Shown here one piece after another: positions 23,861-36,390 of a stretch of DNA of 64,000 nt (positions are counted from its first letter, which is position 1; each line of letters opens with the position of its first letter). Source of the stretch: Lama glama (lineage: Eukaryota). The position numbers were made by a program, and so were the translations under genes. The stretch lies in the NCBI GenBank assembly GCA_028534125.1, contig CM052816.1, positions 12,898,001-12,962,000 on the forward strand. Reading direction: 5' to 3'. The notes beneath the pieces are model-generated. The model did not search any database. It was not told the DNA's origin and saw only the letters and a program-made list of their open reading frames with translations.

Positions 23861-25599
23861 TGGTTTGGGGTTCCACCACTCCAGATACAATTAGCAATAA
23901 GGACATTAGTCAGCTAATTAAGTCAAACAGACGAAACAAGCCACAATTAGTCTAATTATCTGAATTTTGGCTTGGCATCATGAAAACCTGGCTCAGAAAT
24001 CATACTCTTCTTGTTTCTAGGAACAGTTTTGTTTTGATTTTGGCTTGGGTTATCTGGCTTACTGCCTTGGTTCTCTCAGCAGTGACTACCATAGTATTGT
24101 TCACAGAGGCATTTCATAAATACAGATGGGAGGGAGGGAGGAAGGGAGAAAGGAAAGAGGAGAATGTGTCTTTGTAAGCAAACCCACTTGAAATACACAC
24201 CTGAGAACTGAGGTCCAAGCCAAATGATTGCAACTAAGTCTCACCACCTTCCATTACTTCCACCCCTTTTGAAAGCTGACTGACTTTTCATTTTAATCCT
24301 CTGGCCCTAAAACGGAGCTCGCAACCTTTGTCCTATTCTTCTGATAGGGTTATATGTTGATCCAACAGGACATGTTCCCAGAGGTACTCACACCCATCAA
24401 CACATTGCTTCGTGCGGGAGTTTGCTTACTCCCGGGGACCTAACGGAGGCTGAGCCCTCATGGGAGGACACAGCTGTACAACACTCCTAGGAACTCTGGT
24501 CACATCTGGCGTGGCTTTAGGGATCGAACTCAATACGAAGCTCTTGATCTTATGTAAATTCCCCAGCCTTGATTTTGCCATGGTCGAAATCCACAAGCAC
24601 CATTTCCAGCTTCCCTGTTCTATTAATCCTATTCTGTCAGCCCTCAAACAATTCAGTCACTCGGAACAGATTTTCGGATACCTTTGCTCAGTAACTCAAA
24701 TTCAGACATGGCCTCCCTGAAAGTAAACAAAACAAGGCACATTTCCAGAAATCAAAGACAGGTGTTGCCTCAAGGACCTGAGTCGACAGTTTGGAGGGCA
24801 ATAATTAGGTGGGTGAACACCTCCACTGTCTACTTCACCCCGTATACATGACTGCGTACCCACACTGTAGTCATGAGTACAAGCCATGGAGACGTCTCTC
24901 CTCTATCTGATTTTTTAAAAAAAATCCAGTCCCTGCTGAAATTCTGTAAACCTTGCAAACAAGAGTATTTGGCCCTTAGCACTTTTCCGTTTAGCTTAAA
25001 AAATCTCAGGAGTAGCTCAATAAGTATTAAGTCTATGTGGTTCTCGTATGTATAAGGGCAAGAGACCACAATTGGACTTTCACTGTCTGGTTATGAAAAT
25101 CTCTTGAAGTTGCCCTTTGAGCCTTCACTCAGAGCTTATGGGATTAAAGACAGTTTGCTTTTAATCTACAAACCAAAGCACTGAACCAACAAAGGTCACG
25201 GGTTTGCTGAATTTAGGTTTTCTCAATTTCTGTTGTCGATATCAAGCAACATCCTCCAGTTTGCCTGCAGGTTAATTGTATGTGTCCTAAACCCTGAAGC
25301 CCCCAGGAAAAATGGTTGTAAGACACAGCGCCTCTCGAACTACCCCCCCCCAGGAGGACGGATAGCTAAAGAGTGAAATCCACATCTCTTAGGATCTTGG
25401 GGACATAGGCCAAAGCAACGGAAAGTGAATATACATTTAAAGACTGTATTTTACCATATGAATCTGTGGGAATTTTGCACATCTATCTGGACCTGAATGC
25501 AGAGCTACCCATATATACTTGAATCCATCCATTGGTTTTTGTCTCCAGGACACACTCTTGTTCAAGTCTCATCCAAGACAGCCTTAGTCTCCCAAGTGA

Positions 25600-26390
25600 G
25601 GTCCTCAAACCACCCTGCTTTCCTGCCTTCCAAGTCCACACAGCAGCCAAAGTCATCTTTGAACCTTCACCTCTAATCCTCTAGTCATGTCACTTTCCTA
25701 GCTTGAGAAAGAGAAAGTATATATACAGTGATTTCTCAAAACTCCGAAGTAAGGCCAACAACCTCCACAGTGGCCCTCCCTGCCTCTAGGGTCTCATCGC
25801 ACGGCTCTCTCGTCTGCTTTCGGTGCATCAGCCTCCAGTTCCTGGGCAGCTGTTCCTCCTGCTCTCTGGAATACTTCCCCTCTTCTTTTCCAACCCAGAA
25901 AGCAGTGGGGTAGTGGTTAAGAACACTGGGTCTGGGAAGCACTAGGTAAGGTAGGGTCGTGTTGAGGAGTCAACGGGTTACCACATGAAAAGACTTAGAA
26001 CAAAGCCCAGCCCACAGCAAACACTCCGTACGTGGTTTGTTTATTGGCCATTATCCACCCCCTGCCCTCAGCTCACAGCTGCCCCAGGGAGGCCTTCTCC
26101 AGCTCCTCCAGACAACATCAGAGCCCCCGTTGTTCACAGCATCCTGCACTTCTTTATAGGACTTACCTTAATTTGTCCTTGTGTATGTATGTGATCATAT
26201 GATTCATTTCTGTCTCCTCTCTTCTGTAAGCTTGATGAGGGCAGAAACCTTGGCTATTTGGTTTACCACCTATTCCAAGTAACTAACTCAGTGCCTAGAC
26301 ACTTTGGATGGTCAGTGTGCATTTATCAAGGGAGGTTGGAGGAATGAAAGGATGGATGCATGGATGGAAGGAAGGGTGAATTTATGTAGT
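25600..26390 (+). mobile_element. L2 fragments with an inserted MIR piece (~25900-26030)
   Basis: cacacagcagccaaagtcatcttt; MIR head gtagtggttaagaacactgggtctgg; L2 end ctgtaagcttgatgagggcagaaacc...cagtgcctagacac. Confidence 0.65.
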
Positions 26391-26518
26391 AAAGTATGAA
26401 ACTGCTGGAGGTAAAGCACCAAAAAGATTATTGGAGATCTAAATACAAAGCAGGTGCTGTGGAAATAGACATGAATGTGGGGTGGCAACATCTTACCAGT
26501 TATTTAAAAGAAGGAGAG

Positions 26519-26701
26519 GGGGAGGGTCTAGCTCAGTGGTAGAGTGCGTGCTTAGCACACACAAGGTCCTGGGTTCAATCCCCAGTAACTGCATTTAAAA
26601 TAAATAAATAAATAAATAAACAAACAAACAAACAAACAAACCGAATTCCTCCCCACCCCGGGGGGAAAAAAAAACTTAAAAAAATAAAAATAAAAAATAA
26701 A
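26519..26701 (+). mobile_element. tRNA-Ala(AGC)-derived camelid SINE (Vic-1 type)
   Basis: ggggagggtctagctcagtggtagagtgcgtgcttagcacacacaaggtcctgggttcaatccccagt with A/B boxes, (TAAA)n(CAAA)n middle and A-rich tail; 14-bp TSD TAAAAGA(A/G)GGAGAG at 26505-26518 and 26702-26715. Confidence 0.95.
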
Positions 26702-28409
26702 TAAAAGAGGGAGAGTCATCCGAGATTTGTTTAACAAACATTTACTTCCTGCAGAAGGTAGCACTCAGGCTGCACCTCGTGGGGTGAGTAGGGCTGCAGG
26801 AAGAAGGTGGTTCTGGCGAGGCTTCACATGGTAACACTAAAGAGCACAGCCCCACCCCTCCCTGGCTGTCAACAGGGAGCATGCTGCTGTGCATCCCGAA
26901 TGCCATTTATAGTCTGTAAAACCGGGTAATGAGAATGTCTCCTTGTAGGGACGTTGGGAGGCTTAAGTGAACTTTGAACATGCCATGTTCTGCTCGGTGC
27001 CCGGAGCTTCACAGCGGGGAACCGGCTGTGCTGAACCCACTCTGCAAATGTCTGAGGGAGCAACACAGCCTGCGCCGTGTGCTACAAGGGGCAAGAGGGA
27101 CTGGAAGTGAATCACAGCCCTGCAGAAAATCTGCTTCTGCTCCTGCGAGGGGGCACACAGAGTGCTCATGTCTTACACAGATATGTCGCTTCATCTACTT
27201 GGTGCCTAACTTCCTATTCCCTCGTTTCACGAACTCTGTTGTGACCCCTAGGTCCTGAGGGTCTCAGCTGGTATTTTCACTGTTGACAAAACTGACCTCC
27301 TAATTACTTGCATCACTTGAATTACGAGAAGTCGATTTTTTTTTGCAAGTATGTATAGTTCTGTAGAGACCAACTAATTGTCTCTTAACAAAACAAAATC
27401 CTAGAACAATCTAGTTCTTCTTTCTCCCCTAAGGCCCTGCCCAAAAGGATGGGAAACAGATACTTTTGAAATCACCTCATGTCTCCTCGATTTCCTCATT
27501 CACCAGCAGAAAATTTAATAATGAACCCAGAGCCATTCACAGGGAGGCGAGGAAATCTCCCATACCGGTCCTCGGGGGAAGAGACGTGAGGCTGATTCCA
27601 TGGTGAAAATTTAATAGTTGCCTGATGTGCTGAGGAAAAGAGGGGCTGAATCGTTTGAGCAGTTGTGAGCTTAGAAAATGGGTGATTGTGTTATCCTTGC
27701 TGAAAAGCTGTGTTCTCACTCTTGTGTTCAATATTTGTGGGCTGCAAAGACCTCACAGATGACAGATGGCACAGAAGGCTCTGCTTCTGAAGAAGGCAAA
27801 AAATGAGTTTTTGCTTAGCCGTAATGCAGGTTGGGTGACTGTGGCTGGTGGACAGAATTAGTTTAAACCTGATGGCTGTGGACAGCGAGACTTCTGTAAT
27901 ACACATAGACCTTACATTTTAAGAGACGTTCTCCTAGATCCTATGGGGATATCCATACTTGTGAGCGTACAGTTTCCTCCTTAGAATCCAGATGATTTCA
28001 GATGCTTTGTGACTCTATGCATGAAAGACTAGCATTGTCCATGAAACTAGTTTTCTCTGGCTAAGAACACATAATGCCAGCAGCTGTGTAGCCTAACTCA
28101 TTTATGTCATCTAATTTTGCAATAGCCCTTATAGGAACTGCTCTTAGGGTTCCTTTTACTGATGAGCATCACCTTGCTAGGAAGAGGGAGAGGCAGGATT
28201 CAAATTCGAGCCTTTTGGATGCCTGAACTTTTCCTGCCACAGTATTGTCTTCCCAACATTCAGAGCATTTCAAAGAGCACAAAGGCCTTTAACGTCCGGA
28301 AGTTTCTACCATTTTCCAAAAATCCATATTAAAAAAAATTTAAAAGGCAGATCTTTCAGTGTAATTTATAACTTGTATTTCCACAGCGAATTTTAGTTTA
28401 AAGGGACTA

Positions 28410-28590
28410 CACATTCATTATACTATTTAATTGTCACAACAGCCTGCAAGGTAAATGTTATTTTTCTTATTTTACAGACAGAAAACTGAGGCTGGGAGGG
28501 GTCAGTGAACCCATCTGGGGTCCCACAGCCAGGAAGTGGTAATTGGCCCTGGATTCAGACTCAGGTTCTTTGTCTCCTCAGCCCTCTCTG
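28410..28590 (-). mobile_element. MIR SINE
   Basis: tttaattgtcacaacagcctgcaaggtaaatg...attttacagacagaaaactgaggctgggaggg. Confidence 0.8.
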
Positions 28591-29451
28591 TTTCGCCCTT
28601 AGCATCACTTCTCAGCCCACGAAGGAAAGCATCTTAATTTTCTCCACCTTCCCTGTCTTGCCACATAGACTTTGTGTTCCTTTATGCATTCAGATGAAAT
28701 ATCCCAGTACAACTAGGCAAGTGCTTAATGCCACAAGCCTGTGTGAAATTCTGAACAATCTGATGCAATCACCTTTCTGACGTATCCTGAAGGAATAAAT
28801 CTCAGGAGAGAGGGCTGCTGGAGTTTTTTGTTTTGTTTTAGGCAATAATGGATGTTCAAGCTGCGATCAATGTTTGAGATTTCCAAGCAGCCAGAACTGT
28901 CTACTCTATAATACATGCTGACCTTCTCGGTTGATAACGCTGCATAATTATTGACTTCTACAGAAGTTGGTTTTGGCATATTATCTTGGGGACGTAGTTC
29001 GGGAACAGCAAAATGATAAATCATTACAGGGCAGGCTGGCTGTGAGAGTGGTACTTTCAATTGTACCCAGTAAATGGCAAACAGATGAGTTTATATCAAG
29101 GCTACAAGTAAATTTAGGTCTTCTCCACGCACTCAGTCCAGATCGAACCAGAACAGCAATTTTTGTTCCCATCAATTAGAGGAGCCAGTCTCTAAGGGTC
29201 ACAGCTGGTTTGTTTGCCACACCTGTGACAGCATTTGTGCCAACAAATGGTGATGTACGTCACGCATTTAAATTAGAGTGTATAGTTCCGATTTTATTTG
29301 GTGAGACCTGTTGTCAAACTGGAAAGTGAAAAGCAATCAGCTGCTTCTTTTTGTGTGTCACGGGGCAAACCAGATAGCTCCCTCATTTTTTGCCTTGAAT
29401 TATTTAACCTGTAAATTGATTGACCATTACCCAGCATGGTGTCTGATATGA

Positions 29452-29900
29452 ATTCATTTATTTAAGAATAATTATTGAGCACCTCCATATGGTAAATATG
29501 ATACTAGCACTGGGGATCCAGGCAAGTATAGTGTAGGTGACACCCCTGCTCTCAGAGGGCTTGCATTTGAGACAGAGAGACAGAGAAGTTAGTAAAATGG
29601 AATATATCCTTGAATGCTGACAGAAGGCTTCTCTGAATAGGCAGTATTTGATCCTATACTGAAGGATGGAGAGAAACTGGCTATGTGACAACCTGGGGAA
29701 GTGCATGTCAGGCAAGGGACAGAGCAGGGGGTGCTGTCCTGCTTGAGTGGCAGAGAGGACGCTGAAGTGGCCCCCAGGTGGTTCGCAAGGGTATAAAGCT
29801 GGTGGAGGGGTAGGGGTGACAGAAGATGGGAGTGGTGAGTTCAGAAAAGTCTGCTACCAAATCATATGAGGACTTGCGTGCTTCAGTGAAAAATTGAGGT
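29452..29900 (-). mobile_element. L2 3' region
   Basis: attcatttatttaagaataattattgagcacctccatatg...actagcactggggatcc...cccctgctctcagagggcttgcatt. Confidence 0.8.
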
Positions 29901-30319
29901 GACTATGATCATGAAGTTCCCACCCTGCTGAATTCAGTCAGGTATGTGTGTCTTTATCTCTTCCCTCTACTTCCCCCCAACTCTAAGGAGGCCCTGCTAG
30001 GTCCTCCATGCTTCCTGGGGTCTTCTCAGAAATGACTGGTGTTCTGCAGAGTTAAGCACAGGGAGTTCTGGTGTGGAAGGACTTCAGGACCCTGGGAGGA
30101 GTCTCCACCTTCCATGTTGGAAGAAACTTCCACTCTATTAGATGTTTCTCTCAGATGGAAAGTGACTTGAGAAGTTTTGTTTGTTTTTTTTATTTTCCAG
30201 TCAAATTTGACAGTGATTGGACTGACCCTTTTGAGTAGTGTAACAGATAAGCATAGAAATGACACAGTTATAGGCACGTACTATGTGGCTGGGTGCTGCA
30301 GTGATGGCCGTCCTTCCAA

Positions 30320-32840
30320 CATGAGAAAAAATTACAAAGAGGAGATAGGTAAGTGGAGATAAAGAAGATATTTTAAAAGATCATACTACAATATTTTAGA
30401 GACCAGAATCGAGCTGTTAGAAATGAAAAACACAATGTTTAAGATGAAAAATATAATGACAGATTAGACACTGACAGATTAGACATTGAATAAGAAAAGA
30501 TTCATGACCTTAAGGACCTAGCATAGAAACAATACAAAGTAAAACAGTAAAGAAATTATTATTTTTTTTTAATGAAAAGAGCATCTCTGAGCTGTGGAAT
30601 AGCTACAAGCAGCCTGATGAGTGTGTTTGGAGTGCATAAAGGAAACGAGGAACAGAAGAGAACAGAAAAAATTTAAAGAAATAATGGCCCCCAAATTTCC
30701 AAATCTGATAAAAACTATAAATTCAAAGATGTAAGAAACTCAGTGAAAACTATTCTAGAGAACATCACAATCAAATTGCTTAAACAAATGATGAAAAGGG
30801 AAATCCTGATCATCCAAAGGGGGAAAAAAAGACATTGTATACACAGAGGAGCCAAAATAAAAATGTCAACAGATTTCTCAGTGGATGCTTTGCAAGCAAG
30901 AAGACGGCGGAGAGCCAACTCCAAAGTGCTTAAAATACTGTTAATGTAGAAATCTATAACAAGGGGAAACAATTTTCAAAAATAAAGGCTAAAATTGAAA
31001 AAGGTATTTTTCAAAAACCTATAGAATTCGGAAGACTTGATCACCAGCAGATCTGCCCTACAAGAAATAGTACTGGAAGTTCATCAAGAAGAGAAGAAAT
31101 TCTAAGTGAACTGTGGATCTACACAAAGGAACGAAAAGCACTGGAACTGGAATGATGGCCTAAAGCAACTGAGGAAGATACGGTTCTCGTGGGTTGGAAG
31201 ACCTAACATTGTTAAGAAGTCAGTTCTCCTCAAATAGATCTATAGAGTCAATGCAATCCAAACAAGATGACAGCAGGCCTTTCCACTGAAATTGGCAGGC
31301 TGATTCTGAAATTTACATAGGAATGAAAAAAACAGTCTGTAGAAGAGCCAGCAAAAGGCTATGATAATCAAGACTGTGGTAGTGGCATTAAGACAGACAT
31401 ATATAGATCATTGGAATAGAATAGAGTCTGGAAATAGACCCACATATGTATGGACAATGGATTTTCAATACAAGTGTAAAGGTGATTCGGTACAGAAAGT
31501 GTAATCTTTTCAACAATGGTACTGGGTCAATTGGGCATCATATGCAAAAAAAAAAAAAACCCAAAAACCCAAACCAAACCAAGACAAAAAAATTACAAAA
31601 GCCGCTTCAAATCATATCTTGCACCATGTATAAAAATTAACTCAGAATGGATCATAGACCTAAATATAAAACCTGAAGTTGTGAAACTTTCGTTTTTCTA
31701 GGAAAAAAGCCCAGGAGAAAATCTTTGTGATTTTGGATTAGGCGAAGATTTCTTAGATAAGATGCAAATATTACAATACGTAAAAGAAAAGCAGCTGATA
31801 AATTTGGACGTTGTCAAAATTTAAAACTTCTACTCTTAAAAAGCACCATAAGGTAATGAGAAGACAAGCCACAGACTGGGAGAAAATACTTGCAAATTAT
31901 TTATCTAATAAAATACTCATATCCAGAATAAATAAAGAACTCTGAAAATTCAATAATAAGACAACCGACCAAAGTTTTTAAAATCAATAAAATGTTTGAA
32001 CAGGTACCACACCAAAGAAGATAAACAGATGGCAAAAAAGCATATCACGATATGCTAAACATCATTAGTCATTATGGAAATTCAATTTAAAAATGCAATG
32101 TGATATGACTACATATCTGCTAGAATGGCTAAAACTAAGACTGACCATAATAAGTGTTGATGAGGGCATGAGAAAACAGGCACTCTCTTACTGTCTGGTA
32201 TGAATGTAAAATGGTATAACCACTTTGAAAAACGCGTTGACAATAACATTAAATACACACCTACTGTGTGACTAGCCATACCACTCCATGGTATTTACCC
32301 AGGAGAAAGAAAGCATCTGTCTTTACAAAAACTTGAACGTGAGTGTTCATAGTAGCTTTATTTGTAATAGCTCCGAACTGGAAACAACTCAACTGTCCAT
32401 CAACAGGTGAATAGATAAACAAATTGTGATATATTCATATAAAGGAATATTTCACAGCTACGAAAAGGAATGGACTATTGACATACACAACAATGTGGCT
32501 GAATCTCAAAATAAATATTAAGTGAAAGCAATCAGAACAAAGAAAAGAGTACACACTGAGTTATTCCATTTATACAAACCTCTCAAAAAATGCAAAGTAA
32601 TCTCTAGTGTCAGAAAGAAGGTCAGTGCTTACCCAGGGGTGTGGTGTAGACAAGGAGATATGAAGGGAAGGGATCATAACTGGTCACAAGGAACCTTTTG
32701 GAGGTGATGGAAATATTCATTATCTTGACTTTGGTAATGGTCTCACGGGTATATACGTATATAGAACCATTTCAAATGATACCCATTGAAATATATAATT
32801 TGTTCTTTGTCAATTATATCTCAATAAAGCTGTTAAAAAT
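30320..32840 (+). mobile_element. L1MC/MD-type LINE-1 with decayed ORF1, large internal deletion, ORF2 C-terminus and 3' UTR
   Basis: ORF1-like peptide ENITIKLLK...HRGAKIKMSTDFS..LQARR (30743-30949); ORF2-like YGQWIFN (31446) and YLAPCIKINSEWIIDLNIKPE (31516 ORF); ends tcaattatatctcaataaagctgttaaaa. Confidence 0.9.
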
Positions 32841-33768
32841 ACTCTGTTACCCAACTCTTACAACAAAAGGCAGATGAGCTCAGTTTAGAAAGGTGTTAAA
32901 AGCACACCAGCACCAGAAGCTTTCACCTTAAAGCACAAAGAAAGATTGAGCGAGAATTCAAAAGGAAGGAACTTTCCACTTCTGTGATTCAATGTTAATG
33001 CTCTGTCCACGAACCACTTGAAACCATCTCATGTAACAACAGCGGGGAAACATATCCATCCCATGCTTTGGGAAACACTGAAGCAGGAGAAACCTTTGTA
33101 GGAGCATAGAAACTATTACTGGGTGACTTTATTTGCTAAACCTTGAATTGAAACTGGAAATCTACAGCCTTGTTTCATCTTGGAGCAGCAATGATCTAGA
33201 CCCATCCCGCTAACCGAGGACCCCAGGATACACTTCCAGATTCGTACTAAGCCATTGAGTAGTTATGGCTTCTTAGAGTTTCTTCATACCCCTAATTCTG
33301 CAAGTTTTGACAGCCTATTTGTGTTCCCCAAACCGGGCAGACCAAATGCCTATTTTTAAGGGAAGATCAATTGTGAAAAGTAAAATGTGAAAATCAGAGT
33401 TTCCAAAAGCAGTAGAGAGTGAGTGAGAGAGTCAAAAGAAGTGAATTAACTATGAGCAGTGCTCTAGCAAAATGACAGAGGCCAGATCTTCTCCCAGTCT
33501 GTGGCTGCCTTTGAACAGATGTAAGCTGTGTACTGGTGCAAAATCAAATCATGGTGTCGGCCGGTGGGCATTATTCCAGCTGTAAGAGGAAGTGGTCTCC
33601 CCAAGCACAGGAAGACAACTTGAAAGCAAGAGTCGTAACACTCTTGGGATAGCACAGGCCAACATAAACGAGGAAATTAGCGGAGGCTCAGAAGCTGCAA
33701 AGGGAGATAAGTACTCCAGAAGATTTATTTGAACTACCCTCGAAAGGGAGAAAATCGCATATGTCACT

Positions 33769-34288
33769 TGTATTGGTTTTGTATTGCTGCCGTAACAATT
33801 CACCGCAGAGGAAGTAGCTGTAGACAACACAAATTTATCATCTTGCGATTTTTGAGCTCAGGAATCTAACACGGGTCTCAGCGGGCTACAATCTGGGTGT
33901 TGGCAGGGGCTGCATTCCCTTCTGGAGGCTCTAGGGAAGGTCTTCTATTTTCACGTCTTTTCTGGCTTTGGAGACGGCCTGGGTTCCTCCGCCCACGGCC
34001 CTCTTCTCCTCGAAGCCAGCAGTGGTGACGTCCATCCTCCTCACGGTGCATCACTCTGACCTTCTCTTCTGCCATGGCACCTCTCTTTGCTTCTCTTTGC
34101 GGCCTCCCTCTTCCACTTTTAAGGGTCTTTGTGATTACATCAGCTCATGCCCCGCCCCTCCAGATAATCCAGAAAGATATTCCTCATGACAAGATCCTTA
34201 ACTTAATCCCTTTTGCCACGTAAGGTAACGTAGTCACAGATTCCTGGGATTCGGAAGTGAGCATCTCTGGGGGCTTTATTCTACAGTA
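33769..34288 (-). mobile_element. MLT1C/D-like solo LTR
   Basis: tgtattggttttgtattgctgccgtaacaattcacc...ttctggaggctctaggga...ccttttgccacgtaaggtaac...; flanked by GTCACT at 33763-33768 and 34289-34294. Confidence 0.85.
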
Positions 34289-35255
34289 GTCACTGAGTCA
34301 CTGGTATGTGTGGAAACCTTTGTCTGGGGAAGAGAGCAGTTCTAGATCTCTAGGGAAGGACTCTTGGGTCAGGAACAGACAGCAGGCCCTTTTGTGATGT
34401 CCTACAGAAAGGACAAGGGCATCAGGCCGGTGGGAGAGGAGGACTTCTGATGGGGAGCACTCAGATTTGAATTATGAAGGAAAACCATGATGGAAACGAG
34501 GGGTGGAACTCAGCAGTGAGAAAGGAAAGGAAGAGAAGGCTGTCTTGGTGCGCGTGCCTTTTCGACATCATTTATCTCCATGATTTCTAGATGAAGACAG
34601 CCAGGCTGCGAGGCTGCCTTACACCTGATTTAAGGATGGCTTCCAGCCAAGTTTGCTCACAGGCCTGTGCTGAAAAGCCACCCGCTCCCCCGTATCTCCG
34701 CCTCCCCTCACTCATCAGTGAAACATCACAGGCACCTTATTCCTTACTCAACATTAAGGCCTTGGGCTTGTGAAAACCGCTTGTCCCCCCTGGATAGGAT
34801 GGACCACTGAGCTGTCATCGTTGTAGAGGAAGGAGGGCTTCCACTCTCCACACACTCCGCATTTAATTTCCACCAGCCCCAGGCTCCAGGGAGGAGGGAT
34901 TACAAATCTCTCTTAACCCCAGAGCACCACGGGGGCCACATGTACTAGCTGGTGGGGTGAATATGATTTCAAAAGCTATGCATGTGATGAATGTCTTTCC
35001 TTCTTCCGTGAAGAATTTATAGGCTGAGTCAGATTCCGCTTGGAGCCTCACTTGCTCAAATGAGCCTTAACACGCCTTTGCCTTGAGTTCCTACAACCGC
35101 ACTCCAACAGGAAGTGTCGTAGCATCCAAAGGTCTGGGCTGCGTGCTCTATCTCAGCTTAGCCGGGTGACCGTGACCCCACCTGTACCTTCTCACATGTA
35201 GCTCTGTGCTTTCCCATCCCCCTCTTTAAAACTCTTCTTGGCAGCCAACTCTAAA

Positions 35256-35312
35256 TACACACACACGCACACACACACACGCACACACATGCGCACACGC
35301 ACACGCACGCGC
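35256..35312. repeat. Compound (CA)n/(CG) microsatellite, apparently within a MIR
   Basis: tacacacacacgcacacacacacacgcacacacatgcgcacacgcacacgcacgcgc. Confidence 0.9.
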
Positions 35313-35984
35313 TGCTGAATCCCCCTCCACGCTCAGTGAGACCCAGGACAGGGGGCCAGCTCCGTACGCTTTCTGCAGCTTAGTTTTCTCACCTACAACA
35401 CTGAGGTAATGTGATGTGTATCTCATGGGGCTGTCGTGAGGATTCAGTTAGTTCACATCTTCAAGGGGCTTCGAACAGTCACTGACGCATAGTAAACCCT
35501 CAAACATTTTTTTTAATCGTTGGAGACTCTTCCTCTCTGCTTCCTTAATTCTCTTCTCTGTCTCTCCACTGACACATTTGCTGTGACATTTTCTTCGTCA
35601 TTATCTGCAGAGACATCTCTCTCCATGTGGCTGTAGTTCCTTGAGGACGGGAACTGGGTCAAGTCTATGGTTTTATCCCTAGCATGGAGCACAGTGCCTG
35701 ACACGCGAGCACAGAATGAATGTTGAATGAGTAAATACGTCTCTAAGTGAGAAATTTAAGGTCTGAACAGACTAAGTATAGCCTTTGATGCTACAGAGGA
35801 AAAAAAGAGCGAGAGGAAATCTACCAGACTGTTAAGGGCGTTTTTCCCTAGAGGGTTGAAGTGATATGTAACCCATATTTTCTTCTTTCTACTTTTCTGT
35901 TTTTCCTATAATGAGGGTGTGGATAGGGACAGAGCGGGTACACAGCAGCGCCTACAAAGGACTGCTCTACCCCGAGAGGTTCAG

Positions 35985-36390
35985 GGATTATATTAGGAAA
36001 GATGACACTAGATGTGCTAACGGATGAACTTGGAAACTTTGGCATCATAACATAATAGAAATGTTTTTCTTGCTCACACATTGAAGGGGATGTGCGCGTG
36101 TGTGTGCGCACGCGTGTGTGTGTACTCTATTCAGGGACCCAGCCCCATGGAGGCTCCACCATCAGCACATGGTTGCCAGGTCACCCCAGTGTGTACATCT
36201 GGCTGGTAGACAAAGGGAGAGAGGGCACATGGAGGTTCATATGGGAAACTGCCCATAGGAAGCCTTACTCCTGCCCACCCTCCCCCCCCCCGGGTCCAGA
36301 TTCAGTGACGATGCCCCACCCAGCACTGGAGGCTGGAAAACGTAGCCTAGTATGTCCCAGTGGAAAGGAAATGGTTTTGGTGACCAGGCA
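35985..36390 (-). mobile_element. Old MLT1 (J/K/L-like) LTR remnant containing a (TG/CG) tract
   Basis: ttaggaaagatgacactagatgtgctaac...ttcttgctcaca...tcagggacccagccccatggaggctccaccatc. Confidence 0.55.

Noticed and set aside
26519..26595. tRNA-Ala(AGC)-like sequence (also at ~13225-13293 and 47921-47995) as real tRNA genes
   Set aside because: Stem-disrupting substitutions, no T-run terminator, SINE-specific middle and tail, and flanking TSDs show these are SINE heads
29720..29736. CTCF-like motif CAGAGCAGGGGGTGCTG
   Set aside because: Imperfect single match inside an L2 remnant; expected by chance in 64 kb
30743..31701. L1 ORF1/ORF2 peptides as functional CDS
   Set aside because: Multiple stops and frameshifts, with endonuclease and RT deleted
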